A DNA stretch of 64,000 nucleotides, from contig NMRA01000272.1 of the NCBI GenBank assembly GCA_002633005.1, positions 186,001 through 250,000 on the forward strand, in the 5' to 3' direction. Shown here piece by piece: positions 12,601-27,600 of this stretch. Source of the DNA: Phoronis australis. Its lineage: Eukaryota; Animalia; Phoronida. Position 1 is the stretch's first letter; every line of letters starts with the position of its first letter. The position numbers and the translations under genes were made by a program. The notes below the pieces were generated by a model. The model saw only the letters and a list, made by a program, of their open reading frames with translations. It made no database searches and was not told where the DNA came from.

Positions 12601-15600
12601 TAATTATAATTTTTTTTGTTTTTCTCCATTTTTGTGATCAACTCTGTTGTGTGCAGTTCTTATGTGCTGTCTCCTATTTGCTCAGCTCAAGTTTGGTTTA
12701 TTAACTCAAATTAGGAGAATCAGGCAAAACTTGATAACATCAGTGAAACACAGTGACCCACTTTACTTAGCCAGCTCTCACAGAAGAATGACTATGAATT
12801 GATGTCCACTGTGCTATTCACATGATTGGTCCTGGTGTCTGTTTTTTGAAAATCAAGTTGTTAGTGCAATACTTTTTTTAGTTGCCCACTTTTCCAAAAC
12901 AAAAAAATCCACCTGACGCTAGCTGAAATGTTACTATGGTGTTTGTTTTATACTTCTCACATAGGATGGCATTTCAAACCGTGCTTACTCTTTCTTAGGT
13001 GCCATTGTGCAGCTTTTCAAAAAAAACGACCTTGGCTGACGTTTGTGCAGTGGAGCTTTTTCTTTTTTCTTTTAGTAAGCATAGGTCTCAAAACGAGTCA
13101 GGTACAGACAAGAATCAACTAGGCTTCATTAGCTCTGCCATCATTTTATTTTCAGCTATTTAAGATCTCTGTACAGCCTGTGGATGATGGGGCTCCCATT
13201 ATGGAGGTAAACCTGGGTCTACACTATCTGGAGTATGTCAACGGACAAGCCATGAATGTGATCACCAAGAGGGAGCTGACCGCTACTGACCCTGACACAC
13301 CTGATGACCTGCTGACCTACCGGGTCACTAAACATCCTTCATACGGTCGACTGGAGAGGACAGACAGACCTGGACGAGCGGTAACAACGTTCACACAGGG
13401 TAAGGGATATTAATTATATTACCTGGTATTTTAATTGTAGCGATTGTTTATTGTGTTTATTTTTACTTTGCTCATAAAAATTTTTGCCACTTACTACAAC
13501 ATAGCTGTAATCCCTCTGATAAGTACTCTCAGCACTTAAACAGTTCTATCTTAGAGCATGCTTCCTCTTTATTGCTCAGAAAGAAAACACTGTGTAGCAA
13601 GTCAGTTTGGTAGCCTTTCTATACAGTTGGTTGTTCATTGATTAAAGTGCAATTTTTGACTTACTTATATCTTGCAATATGTAATAAGATGTAATGGTCT
13701 GAAAGTTTTTGCAACATATAAACAGTAGTTTGTATATAGGAAAATGAGAAAATGCGCAGAAAATGGACAATTCTAGACACTTTGTAATATGTCTGTATCA
13801 TTCTTGCTTGTTAAAAAGAAAACCAACGTGTTGTGTACATGTTTCCTTTATGGTAAATAATACAATTTTAACTTCAAGCTAGCATGGTATGTCCATGGAC
13901 TTATGATACCAGCCTTTTTCATCATGCTTTTCATTTTATTTCCAGATGACGTGAACAATGCTGTCATCCGATATGTACTAACAGCAAAGGACCATAACAT
14001 AGCAACAGATGCCTTTATATTTACTCTTGCTGATAGCAAGCCAAACATTGTTCAGGGACTGACATTCTATATAACGTGGACGGTGATCAGCTTTGAGAAG
14101 ACCATACATAATGTGACTGAAAAGGCAGGACTCATTTCAATTCCAGTCAAACGAACTGGCAATCTAAAACAGGTTGGTCTTTCAAAATGACTGTGTTGAT
14201 TAAACAGCTTCTGTCAGAGAATTCCTTGAGAAATATAGTTGACTGTGCCGTCAGTGTATTTATCTCATACCTTTCTTTGGTGAATTCTTCATCATACCAT
14301 GCTCAGGAGTTTTAACTTCAAATTTTTGGAGAGATTCATGAATGTCGTATGATTTTTGAGGGCTCTATTGAGTTAAGCATTGTGATACTTAGACCATGTT
14401 TATGAACCTATGGCAAACCTTGTATGGCCATATTTGATGGACACAAGTTTTCCCCTCAGAGGCCATAGTCAATTGACCTTAAGTTGCCCCCTCAGAGGCC
14501 ATATTCAATCGACCACAAGTTGCCCGCACAGATGCCATATTCAGTAGACAGTAAGTTGCCCCATAGAGGCATCTTGTTTTGGGTCAGTTGATAGTCCAGG
14601 CAACTTGATATCTGCAACTGTTGAGGAGACAGAATTGGTGAGAATAAGTATAGTCATTTTGTCAACAGTTAAATATAGGAGTGGTTGATTGCCAACTGTC
14701 CACTATATCAGGAAGGCTGATCTGTGTGGAGCAAAGCACTTAATGCAGAATTAGCAAGGTATATAATGCGCCTATGTATAACATGTGTGATGCTGGACTA
14801 ATAACTGAAGGAAATGCATAAGAAAAGATTTGCTTGATATCTGTATTTGAAAACCAACTCTTGTCTAAAATACTCACTGTTGTCTATTCTAGGAACTTGT
14901 TTGCATCAGATCATCTTGCCCCTGGGACAAGTTTTCACACAGGACAAATTCCCATATAGATTCAGCTTTAGACACTGAGACAAGTTCTTGAGATATTGAA
15001 GTATTTAATTGTGGTTGTAAACACAATAACAGTCATCATTAAGTTGTCTCATGTTCCTTTACAGTATGCTGTTGTTGAATGTGTGACCAAGCCTGGCTCA
15101 GCTACATCATTTGGGGGTGACAGTCGGCCAGGTCAGAGGGACTACGTCCACCACTCTGGACAGGTAACACTGGTTTTCACTCGTTGTGTAACTGTGTGTT
15201 GCGTTTTAGTTGAAACCAAAATTGAAAAATAAAAGTGTTTTACCTTAAAACGCGTTTCCACTCTTGTATCACATTTTAATGAGACTCGTCTGAAAAATTA
15301 TGTTTTACTTGAAACTCATCACTATTAAAGTCAAATTATAATACAGTAACTTGGTTATTCATTCCTGTTTATCATCTATTTGGTTTATCTGGTGTCTGAG
15401 ATTATTACTCAGAGGAAGGGATTATCTTGCATTGAAGATTTTACTATCATGGTGTTTATGGTTTAAGGTTCAGTTTGATGAGTGGCAAACTACCAAGGCG
15501 TGTACAATCGTTATCAATGACGATTCACTGTTTGAGGGTCCAGAAAGTTTCACTGTGACCCTGTCACAGCCTGCCTATGCACTGCTGGGAGATGTACAGA

Positions 15601-18600
15601 CAGCACAAGTAACAATCTTTGATGTGGAAGATGGTTAGTATTGGTTCATTCTTTTATGAGGTTTTGGAGTGTTTGGGAACTAGGTTCAATGTGTGTTGTA
15701 AAACTTTGTACTTTTGACCAGTACATGTACAAGTAGATCGCCCTGCTCTGCAGTTTTGGTAGTCTTCACTTCTTCTACCTACATGATCATTTTCTTAACT
15801 ATCAGCGGCTTAGCGCTGGTGTGAACGACCATGTTTTGTTTTGGATTTTCAGTTTTTTAGCGATTATCTTTTCAGGAGGAATGATGACAATTAACAACTC
15901 ATTACTATCACAAGAATTTAAATTTGAATGTGTTTTAACGACAATGGTGCAGTAGGTGCAGGAGTTTCTGTACACTAGTGCCTGCAGGTGAACAAAATGA
16001 TTGTAGGTCGATTTTCACGATGCCCTTTTGTTCTTATAACCATTGAAACAAACCTGTCTCCATTGCCTACAGCGTTTGGATGGATTAAAGTTATATCATG
16101 CATAAACAGTGATACAGCTCATTGATGGATGTAGAATGTACAAACTTTTCAAAGGTAAAATGTCCTTATACCCCTTAAATACTGATAGTCGACCATTTTT
16201 GTCTGCATGTGGGGAGGTGACTCCAAAAACCACCTCTATAGCTGTACTTACAACATTTTATTTGAAAGTCAGACACTTTCCAATCCTGTTGGGACCTAAG
16301 CTGCATGATTTCTCTATCAAATTTGAACTCTGATAACACAGCGACAGGTTTGATTTCTTTGTCCCAATTTTCCCAGTTTCTTTCACATCCATGTAATGAC
16401 CATTGTTACTCAATTACAGAACCAGTTCTCCAATTTGCTGAAGCGATGTACCTCATCAACGAGACTGCTGGCTACGCGCGTGTTCCTATTGTGCGCAGTG
16501 GTGACATCAGCACCAGTGTATCTGTTATGTGTCTCACCAAGTCACTGACGGCTAAAGGCAGCAGTGGCCCTACTCTGCAGTCTGGCTCAGATTACAAGAC
16601 ACGCCCAGCATCACACAGGTCACGAGTGCTGTTAGCACCAGGGATTACACAAGCTGACTGTGTTGTACAGGTACAATGGGGTTGTCATGGCGATGGGGTT
16701 TTCATGGTAATGACATTATTACAATGTCAAACATTGCCTAGTTATGGATACATTTCATTTTATGTAACACTGACCCTGTAATGATGCTGTCTACAAAGAG
16801 GAAATGTCCAGGCATTCCTTAAGAACTGGCATTAGAACCTCTATATTTAACTGCACAGACACTGAACATTACTTTCCAAAATGCTATTTTATCCCATGTT
16901 TACTTACTGACTTGAGAAAACTATAAGTGATGCTACAGAAAATCTCAAATCTTTATGTTTTTATTGATGGAAATGGACTGTACATCTATCTACTGTAATT
17001 AATATTAAAATTCATAAGTTTGTGTTATTGGTGCCTAATTAATTTGCAACTAATTCTGAATCACTGATAGAGGTATTTGTGCAAAAGTTGTTGTCAACTT
17101 AGATTTATTTACCTTTGTTAAGTACTCTATCAACTTGAAAATATTGTCAGTACACATTCGATTTGCAACGTACCTGACCGTTATAATCTCTGGTTGACCA
17201 TCTTTTAGACAAACCTGACACATGGCACTGTGACTCGTAAAGATAGAATCTCATTAAAAAAATTCAAACACAATTTTAGTTTGAACATAATAAATTCAAG
17301 ACTGCATAACTGCAGTGTATTTACCTGTATTCTATATTCAATGATGTTATCTACCTTTCGTTGCAGATTGTCGATGATAGCCTGTTTGAGCCGTCAGAGC
17401 AGTTTGAAATTTTGCTCAAGGATCCATCTCCTATGAGTCGTGTTGGACCTCTCAGTCAGGCAATTGTGGTGATCGAGGGACCGAATGATGGTATGGTTAA
17501 TGAGGAAAAAGGTGTTACTTAAGCATCCGTATTCCGGGCAATTCCTCTCTGTTACAAGCAAAAATGAAGTGAAATCGCTCTATTATTTGTATTTAATAAC
17601 TATAACACATTATGATAATATAATATATAATAATATTTTGCCCCCTCTGTTATTCTGAAAATGCCGCAGAGTCCCCTCTTGTTAGAATGTAATCTGAATG
17701 CAATTCCGCTGTATTTTGTTTGTAACAATGGGAGCAAATATGTGTAATTTCTCCATTAGTCATGTTGTTTATCTCGGCGGTGGTGTGATCATGGTGTCAT
17801 GCAACTCCTCCATCTACAAATTGTTGACCTCTGACCTGGTTGTGGTTGGTAGTGGTTATGATTCCTAGGGGTGGAATGTGTTTATTATAATTTTCTTTGA
17901 TAACTGCCTTGACTACAGTATCTCTTAACATTCCATATTGACCACTAAATAAATGTCTTCATTTTTGGAAAAGCATTGAACATTGGTGATGCATTCTTTT
18001 GCTGGGTTGCTAAGTTTATGTTCTTGGAGAATTGCTTTTACCCAATATTGTGTTTAGTGTCTTCAAGGAATTAAAGCACACAGTATCTATAATCAAAGGC
18101 TTATGACAATACTGTTATCCTATCCCTGTCAGAGGAAGCATTTATTCCAATGATGTCAGTGTTACTATTCTTTTGTACTTTTTTACATTACAGAATCTGC
18201 CTTTTATTTCTCTCAAAACACGTATCATGTTGACGAGGACTCTGGCAAAGTTGAGCTTCCTGTGGTTCGACGTGGTTCTGATCTGTCCAGTACTTCTATG
18301 GTGTGGTGTGCTACACGTATGACTGAACCACCATCAGCCACACCGGGACAAGACTACATACCATCGTCTAAACAAATCACATTTGAGCCTGGACAACTGA
18401 TTAAAGTGAGTCTTATTGCACTTAGCATTCAGAATTAGATTGCTGTACATCATAAGCTGATTATGAAATTAAATTTGTCTAAGCCCTACAGAGCCCGATT
18501 AAAACCTTGAGACGTCTGTTTGTGATTAAATGTTTATTTGCAATCAATACATATCCATACATTTTAAAAATTAGAGGTCTTACGAGTGTATCAGCTAAGA

Positions 18601-21600
18601 AGTCGGTGAGTTTTTAGAAAAAGTCTAACTTTGTACAAATTTCTGGAAATTCACCAAAACAAGCAGAATATGAAAAAATGATTTTGTCAAAGTCAGAAGT
18701 CAAGTCCGTTACTTTGCAACACAAAACCTGTTAGATATAATTATATTAATTGCAAGTTTTTACTATTCACAAGTGTTTGTTTCAGTAATAGCTAACTTTT
18801 AATCTAAATTTTGTTTCCGCTACTAACTTACCTAGTGGAATATTCTTGCATTGCTCTAGGCCTCCATCATGAACCATGTCTTTCTGTGTTGTTGTAGAAC
18901 TGTGAGCTGACCATTGTGGATGATGAAGTAGAACCCAGATTGGAGGGATATGAAACCCTGACAGTGTTTCTGACCTCGCCCATGGGTGGCGTGCTATCCC
19001 GGCCCAACACGGCCTCCGTCATTATTAATGACACTAATCTAGATCGTAAGTAGTTGTAATAATGTGTATGTAGTTGTGCCTGTGTGAAGCCCTGTTTTTG
19101 CTGTGTTGGTTATTGTGGCCATTGTAATCATTATGACTGTTTTGAAAATTTTGTTAACTACAGCTCTAAGTGTGAGTCAACACAACGGGTCTCTACATTT
19201 TATGTGTATGTGTGTGTCAAGAAAAATAGCTATGATTTTGGTAAATGGTAAGGTTATGGATTCTTTAGTCGAGTTATTGTGTTAGTTATAAGATAATTGC
19301 ACAACTACACCAAGTAGCAACTGTTTTGCCAACCACATACCATCTTAATGAATTTATTTAATGTCCCATATGCTCAATAAAATCTGTGTGCAAGAAACCA
19401 GCCTCTAGCAAGCATTACAAAGCATGTTCTATCCGGGTAGGTATACAATAGAACTTGACAAGTCCCAATAACTTCATGTAATGGTCAGAACACAATATCC
19501 CAGTAGACACAGCCAGCTCTAACAAAAGACTGTGTAATTGAGGATTGCTGGCTCAACTAGCTTTACCAGTGTCCTTGTTCAGTAGGAGTGCTTCTGTTAA
19601 AATCCAGAAATTTCCTGAGCAGAGCATTCGCTTCATTGGGTTAATGGCGGTGGCGATGTTTACCCCCTTTTTATGTACAACCATTTGGCAAGCTTTTGCG
19701 GACTATAAGTCATAGTATATTTATGTTGTAACATATTTATTTGTGTTTCAGTGACAACTATGCAGTTTGAGTTTGACAAGTATGTTGTGGATGAGGAGGA
19801 CGGTCATATTGATGTCGCTGTTGTGAGACACGGAGACTTGAGTTATGAGTCATCCGTCATCTGTTACACTCGCCAGGATACAGCGCATGTTATGATGGAT
19901 TATGACGAAAGACCACTAACTGATGCGTCTCGCATTGTGTTCATGCCTGGTGAAAAGGTGAGTCTCGCATTGTGTTCATGCCTGGTGAAAAGGTGAGTCT
20001 CGCATTGTGCTCATGCCTGGTGAAAAGGTGAGTCTAGCATTGTGTTCATGCCTGGTGAAAAGGTGAGTCTAGCATTGTGTTCATGCCTGGTGAAAAGGTG
20101 AGTCTCGCAACCATGCTGAATGTTAATGGTGAAAATTCTGATGGCATTTTTCTATTCTTCATTTAACTTCTTCGCTGCAAATGCTTTATTTTTTACCAGA
20201 AGTTTTTTCATTGGTGACATACAATGTACACACAATGCTAAAACCAAAGACAAATTTCCTGTGAAGTTGTTTTTGTTGATAAATTTGACCAACAAATTTC
20301 AATTGTCTGCCATGTTGTGTCTCAAACTGGTGAATTTTTAGTTTGCGTGATTTGGTCTTAGAAGGGGAGTCTTTCTGTGCTTGTTACAAGATTTTGAAAA
20401 CATGATTAGTTGTGTTTTTTGTGAATTTCAAATTTCAGTGATAATTTTGTTAGTGGATTTATGTAATACAGGCGACAAATTATGTAAAATAATCAAACAA
20501 CATTTTCGTATGATTGTCCAGTTCATCACAAAATGTACTAGAACTGGAGGTGGAACTTTTGAGTCACTGAGCTGGGCTAATTAAAAATTGTAAATCAACT
20601 CCTCATTTGTGCAATTCCTTAACTTCAGGTCAAAATGTGTCGAGTCAACATAGTGAATGATAACGATGCTGAAGGCGAAGAGAAGTTTTTCTTACGGCTT
20701 GGTCACCCCCTGGGTACACAAGACTGTCCTGCACAGCTGGGCTCTTTGGACACCACTATAATCACCATAGTGAACCCTACAGACAGTAAGTGTAGTTAGA
20801 TGGGGAGATGCAATAGTTTGCATCAACACTGAGGGGGGATATTTGCACTGGTGAGCGCTGTGATGTCACTATAATCCTATGATCACCATTCTCAATGGAC
20901 AGTAAGGACAGTTAGAAGGGGAGAGGTAGACACGGAACTGTCCTGCACAACTGGGCATATTGGATACCTCTGCAATGGCTATAGTGAAAGATTAGTATAG
21001 TGAGTATAGTGAGTGTAGTTGTAGAGGAAAGACATTGCAGTTTACAAAAAGACTGTTAGTGCTGTCCTAAGTGGCTGGGTGCAGTGGATATGACTGTAGT
21101 CACAATTTATTAATGACTTTTTTCATTAACCTTGATGTTAAAACAGATTCATTATTTTAATTATTGTAACTACATATGGACAGATCAATACCATTCAAGG
21201 TTTATGTTGTACCTCAGAAAAATGTACAAATTTGGCTTATTTTGGAACATTATATCTCATAAATGGCTGATCAGATTTTTAGAAAACTTTCAGAGAGTAT
21301 GCTTTATACACCTTTCTCTAAGAAACTTTATGCATTGTTTTTAAAATGTTCGACTTGTGCAATATGAGCTATCAAAAAGAGGTCTGTGTAACAAGAGTTG
21401 CATAAAATAAAAATGAAATGTTAGTTTGACAAACTACAACAGTTTTTTAATATTTCATCCTTAACAATTATATCAAACAAAATTTGGTTGTGTTATCTTT
21501 TATTAAGAAGACATGGTCATGTAACCCAATTAATGGCCGATTGCTGTGATAATAAAACCAAATTATACAGGCTTTCTAGTTTTAGAAAATAGTAACTTTC

Positions 21601-24600
21601 ACTGAATTGAATTCTATTTTCTTGTAATTATGTAGTTAAATACACAGATTTGTCACCTAAAAACATAAGTATACTGAGGGCAAGTGAGGAGAGTAACAAG
21701 AAATAATTGGTTTGAACAGGAGTTGCTAAGCACCAGCTGATGGCAAAAACAAAAGTAAGACAAAGAAACCGCGTGACCTAACATTGACCAATACGAAAAC
21801 GCAAACAGACTGATGCTCTGGCATGATATAAATATGATAAGATGCAGCAAGTAGAAACTATATATCTTGCATTTGATATTTGTTTCAGCTCCAACCATCT
21901 CTATAAGTCAGTCGGAGTATAGTGTGAGTGAACCCAGCTCACAGGGATCCACATCTGTAGTTGTGGTGAAAGTCCTGCGTACAGGGGACCTGAGTGGTGC
22001 GTCCCAAGTGAGGTGCAGCACAAGAGATGGCTCGGCTATGTCTGGGTTGGACTACAATGCCAAGAGTGAAGTGCTCAAGTTTCAGTCAGGTGGGTGATTA
22101 CTAAATAATGTTGAATTCCATGGAGGTCATTATGTTGTTTTTCTGACCCCATAAATATGACCAGGCCTAGATCATAATTTGGGGTTAAAAATGACAGTGA
22201 AAAAAGTCAGCTGTTTTGTTAGCATAATTTATGTAGAAACAAAAATGCATTCTTTAGAAAGGCAGACACAGCAGCAGTCAATGGAGAGTGGGTGTCATTA
22301 GACTGTAATTATTACTCCTTAAACATATGTGGGATGCAGGAACTTAGTGAAGTGAACTTATGAATATGCAACAGATGAGAAGTAATGTGCGCTCAACATT
22401 CCAGGCCTCTTCAGTTGCTAGCTTGACTAGTTCACTGTCATTAGAAATGAATATGAGAATATGTCTTGGTTATTTATATGCTTTTATCTGAAACGAGGCC
22501 TTTTCAGTGCATAAGATCGTGAATTAGGTTTGCGACCAGATGGGATTTTCAGTTGCAAGTGCTCCACCTTTTATTTCTAGGTGTTAAAGAGCTTGACTTT
22601 GAAGTTGAAATCCTATCCAACCAGGAAACTGAGTGGCATGAGACATTTAATATCCAGCTGGGTCCGTCTCCTCCAGTCAATGCTGTACTTGGACGTGTTT
22701 CCATAGCGACCATCACCATACTTGACCAGCAGGTATCAGGCAGTCTGGTGCTGCCTGCGTCTCCCATAGTGGTCTCCTTGTTGGACTATGACTATGTACA
22801 GGAGGATGTGGATAGACAGCCCTCTCCAGGGTACCCTGTAGTGTGTGTGACGGTGAGTTGGATTGTAATGAGAGATTGTGGTCTTGATGTATGCATTTGT
22901 TTATTGTTGAGATTTACTCTCATAGGAAAGAAAATTCATGAGTTGTCAGTGGGCTTTACATTTATTTATTTACATGATGTCCAATTAAAAGGCAGATTTA
23001 ACGCCTAAAAAATTTCATGTGTGAACACTCGTTAGACTTCTAGTCTGCCTTTTTATCATCTTGTCCCAAGTCAGATGTCAGATCTGTCTTCTTACTGTAC
23101 AAAGGCTACATTATATTAACTTAACTTGAGTTAGGATCTATTTGTTTTGGTGATTGCATGTTATTGGCTGGAATATTGGCAATAATCTAAATATTTGTAA
23201 TATTATGCTAATTACTTGTAGATAGAACAGCTGATCTTACTTTTGATCAGACGTTCTATCTGTCTTTAATTTTTCTGCAAAATCCACGAATAAACCCAGT
23301 GATAAACTGAAACTAGCTTATTATAGTTTTTGGAAATTCTGGGTTTTTGCAGCTAGTTAATCATTCTCATAAACATGTCTACCTGACGGGATCTGATTTC
23401 AGTCTGGTGTTACTTCTAAGGTGTCCATCTCTCTGTCTCTCCACAGCCCTGTGATCCCCACTTTCCTACTTACCTGGCTACCAGGGAGCTGTGTGAAGAA
23501 TCTGGCATCAACCAATCTTCCATTCAGTATGGCTGGGAGATAGCTACACCAACAGACGATGATGGTGCTCGCTCTCCATTTGAGACAGTCACAGATGACA
23601 CGCTATTCAGCAGTACAAGTCACATGGTCCTGGAGAGTTTCTACTTTAGGCCCGGCTTCAACGTGCGCTGCCTAGCCCAGCCTGTGGACAGTAGCGGCAA
23701 CCTGGGTATACCTCTTCGCAGCACTGCTGTGCAGGTAGGAAGTGCCAACGGTCTGTGCCGGGCACCCATCACAGCAGGAAGTCCACATGGCCTGCAGGCA
23801 CAGTCATTTGTGGCTAACCTAAAGTATGTCACCCCTGATGATGAACTCCACCCTAACACAGTAAAGATCTCCATACAGGTGCCACATCAAGACGGCATGT
23901 TACCTCTCATCTCTACACTACCTCTTCACAATCTTAACTTCTTACTAGCTGAACCTATTTATAGACAACAACATGTGTGCTCAAACATTATTACACCAAA
24001 GGAACGGTCTGGTATAATCAACAGTGGGTTTCTGGACAGGGTTACCTCAGCGGAGATTCCTATCGGGGCAGGGTATGATAAGCCATACCAGTTTGATGAT
24101 ACAGTTCGTGAAGCACGAGCGATAAACTTGTACAAGCACTTGAACTTAAAGAGTTGCATCTGGACGTTCAATGCCTGGTATCATATGTCTGATCTGATCG
24201 ATATATGCGGTGGTTCAGTAGAGTCCACGTTCAAAGTGCGGGATGCTGGTCGTACATACCTCACTGTCAGTGTACCTCTCCATGTGTCATATGTGTACGC
24301 CTTAGCCCCCACGGGCTGGGCTGCTATGGAACACAGGTCTGAGATGAAGTTCTCATTCTTCTATGATACAATACTGTGGAAGAGTGGGTTGGAAACTGAA
24401 GGAAAGCTTAGTGGCAAGCTGCAGATTGTGAAGATTGCTATCAGGGAGGATGGACGGTTACAGATTGACTTCAAGACACATACAAAGTTTAGAGGTAATT
24501 ATGACTTCATTAATCAATGTATGTCACCGGCATGTATTTTTCCCCTCACAATTTGATTTTTTTCTTACTTTTCAAAACTGTTGTCAGCTTTCTTTCTAAG

Positions 24601-27600
24601 CTTGACAAAAAAATTGCAAAACAATTGACATTGCTACTTGGTATTAACCTGAACTAGTGAGACATATAGTGGTCTGTAGAATTTAGAAGTTCACATATCA
24701 AAGTGCTTTATTGATGAACCAAAGGGGAACATAGATTTAGTATTATTACTTTGAACTATGTTTAAAGCGTGTTTCAATGCTTCATCTTGTTTCAGGCCAG
24801 TATGTTAAAACTCACTACACTCAACCAAATTACGAGAGTCGTGTTGTACCACCAGATGGAGTTGGTGTCAGTTTTGATTTGACACTGTTGTGGAGCCAAT
24901 CCACATTTGACAGTCCAGAACAGTTGTGGAGAGCTGAGAGCAAATATAACTTAAAGGTGTTCATTCAACTGTTGTGATTTACTATTATTGTCTCATTTTG
25001 ATTCATAACACTTTGCCTTACGAATGCAACTTTTGACTCGGTTGTTTTCTGAATTATTCACTGTAAATAACATTTTAGCAATGTTTATTTAGTAAGGTGA
25101 ATCTTGTATTCACCTCAATGAGGCGATTTTTCTGTGATCTCAATGAATTTAGACGTTTTGTTATCATTATAACAAATGAATGAACATGATTGTTAGTTAC
25201 AATTAGTATATTTGAAGTAGACAAGATTTATATGAAAACAATATGAAAACGTCATAGTTGCACTGAAGCCAATTGAGTTGTGTGGCCACTTTCAAACATA
25301 TGAACTATTCATTTCTAGTTGGAGAGATTTCAAAACAAATACTGTGACTTTAATGCCTACCACATGATTTTATCCTGCATTCTGATAATGGTTTATACCT
25401 CTTTAATATTACAAATCTCACATCCTCATCAACACGTAGTTCTTTCGATGATTTACTGCTAATTTTGCTCTCATTGACTCCCTTGTTCATCCTAGGACTA
25501 CTCAGGGGAATATGTGATAGAACTTGTGCCATGCAGTGTGTCACCAACACAATCATATCAACATGTCGAGACATTGGCTTGCTCAGCTCATCAGCCAGAA
25601 AGGTGAGTACTACACAGTATCAGTGTGTTCTTAAGGATGGGTACAAGGCATAAGGAGGTGCTCTGATGACTCTTTCAGATTAATCGTTCAAGGTGAATTC
25701 AGTGAAGGTGTAAAATACATCAACATGATTTTGTCTGTGTTTCAGGTTTGTGGTGCCCGTGGGGTTCCAACAGACTAACCGTCCTGTACCTCTGGAGTAT
25801 TCACTCAACACCTATCTACAGGTACAAGGTCACAAGAAGATGTTCCTTGCACCACCAGACTCTAATTCATTGGATGATCTTGACTATCAAGGAACATTTT
25901 CTCTAGGTATGTGTTTGTTTTGCCTTAATGAAATCCTAACTATTAAAGTATAGCTAGTCCCAAAGTTACCTTGATATATCCTATTCAAATACAATATTTA
26001 AAGAGCTCGCCTGCACAAATATCCTCCACTCACAGCTGGTGTTAAAGTAACTATAATGCTGGAACACGTGTATTATAATTGCAAGTCTTGCTTTTCTGAT
26101 TTTAATAGTAGTAAATTTCTCTCTGAAATAAGGCGATCGATTTAACACTGTCTTTTAGTTCTGGTCAGTGTTTGTAGTGGAGCTCATGAACAGAGTATAT
26201 GTTTTATTTTAGTTTGAAAGGTACATATTTTTGGGCTTCTGACACCTTGCACAGTGTGACTTTAAATACGCATCAGTTGTGTTGGATAACTGCTTTCAAT
26301 TATTTGAGGTATTTAAAGTTTGCCAATTCAATTCTATAAAAGTACCAAATGTGAAAAATGTAAGTGTAATCAATTTCCAGAAGTTAAGGCAATTATTGTT
26401 GTTGAATCCTCCAGGTCAGACGGTGTTTGGAAGAGTTTTGTGGAACCCAGCCCAAAGCTTGAAGACAGCGTATAAACTCAGAATCGAAAAAGTTTATGTT
26501 TGTACAGGTATGTACTGGCAGTGGCAGTAGAGGTATGTACTGGCAGTAGCAGTACAGGTATATACTGGCAGTAGCAGATCTGTGTTAGCGCCCTCTTACT
26601 GCAAAGTAGTTGTTGGGACAAAAATCAGTGGGAACCAAATAAGCATTGTAAAATGTGAGTAAGGACCCCATGGACCCTGTTGCATTTATGGTATAGTTTT
26701 GGCCAAAATTGACTGTATTTTTGTCTCCATTTCATGAAAACATAATGACTGGCTGGGTCATTTTGAGAATGAGTTAAGTGTGACAGGGGCCTTAGATATC
26801 AACAGTTTATTGATGGCAATGCTTAGTGTCTTGGTCACTGGCCGTTAATTTTTATCATTCTTTTGTATTTTGTACTTCGTTAGTTGTTGAGACTAAAATT
26901 GAAATGATTTGAATCAAAATCCTTAAAAATAACAAAACAAACGTTACACATGTAAGCTCCCAAAAGGGTGTTTTGTTATTAATTTCTAGATTTATTTGGA
27001 ACGATTGGTTAGATAACAGAATGTTGAACGATGATGATCCAAATGCCTCTTGTAATTTTAACGCATGGGAAGCATCGAAGGTAAATGAAATTGTAATGCA
27101 AGTCGGCAGCACAGAATTTCAGGCATGTCAAAAGCTCTATATGCAAGAGGTCATCAAAGGTCAGGTGTAGTGTTTGTAGGAAAAGTATTCATGAAATGTA
27201 ATGATGGCAACTTGACAGGCTCCTAATGACATTATTTACACAGCTCGAGCTGGCATAGTTGTATAAATAACAGAAGAGCACACTAGTTTTGACCTATGAG
27301 GTTCATCCATTTCAGGAAATGATGGTTATGTACCAACCTATGACCCCACAGGAAGCCTGTACAGCGAGGGCCCTCAGTTTGGCTGTTTACAACCGAGCGG
27401 CCGACTAAAACATCGTTTCCTCATACTTGACAGAGGCAGTCCCAGTTCTGCCACTCGTTCATTTCACGGGGTTAACTTCAATGCGCAGCTTGTAAATGAC
27501 AACAAGGACTATATCTCTTTGCAAGAGATGCCTGGGGTGGATGGATTTTCATTTAGTGTTGATCCCTTGTTCAAGGTATGTACATCTAAACTTTTGGTGA

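Noticed and set aside
16676-16712. Two RFX X-box-like motifs after a FRAS1 donor
   Set aside because: Explained by a 17-bp local duplication; imperfect match and far from any promoter.
19927-20109. CRISPR-like 35-bp repeats
   Set aside because: Units are contiguous with no spacers, derive from an exon end, and there are no cas genes.
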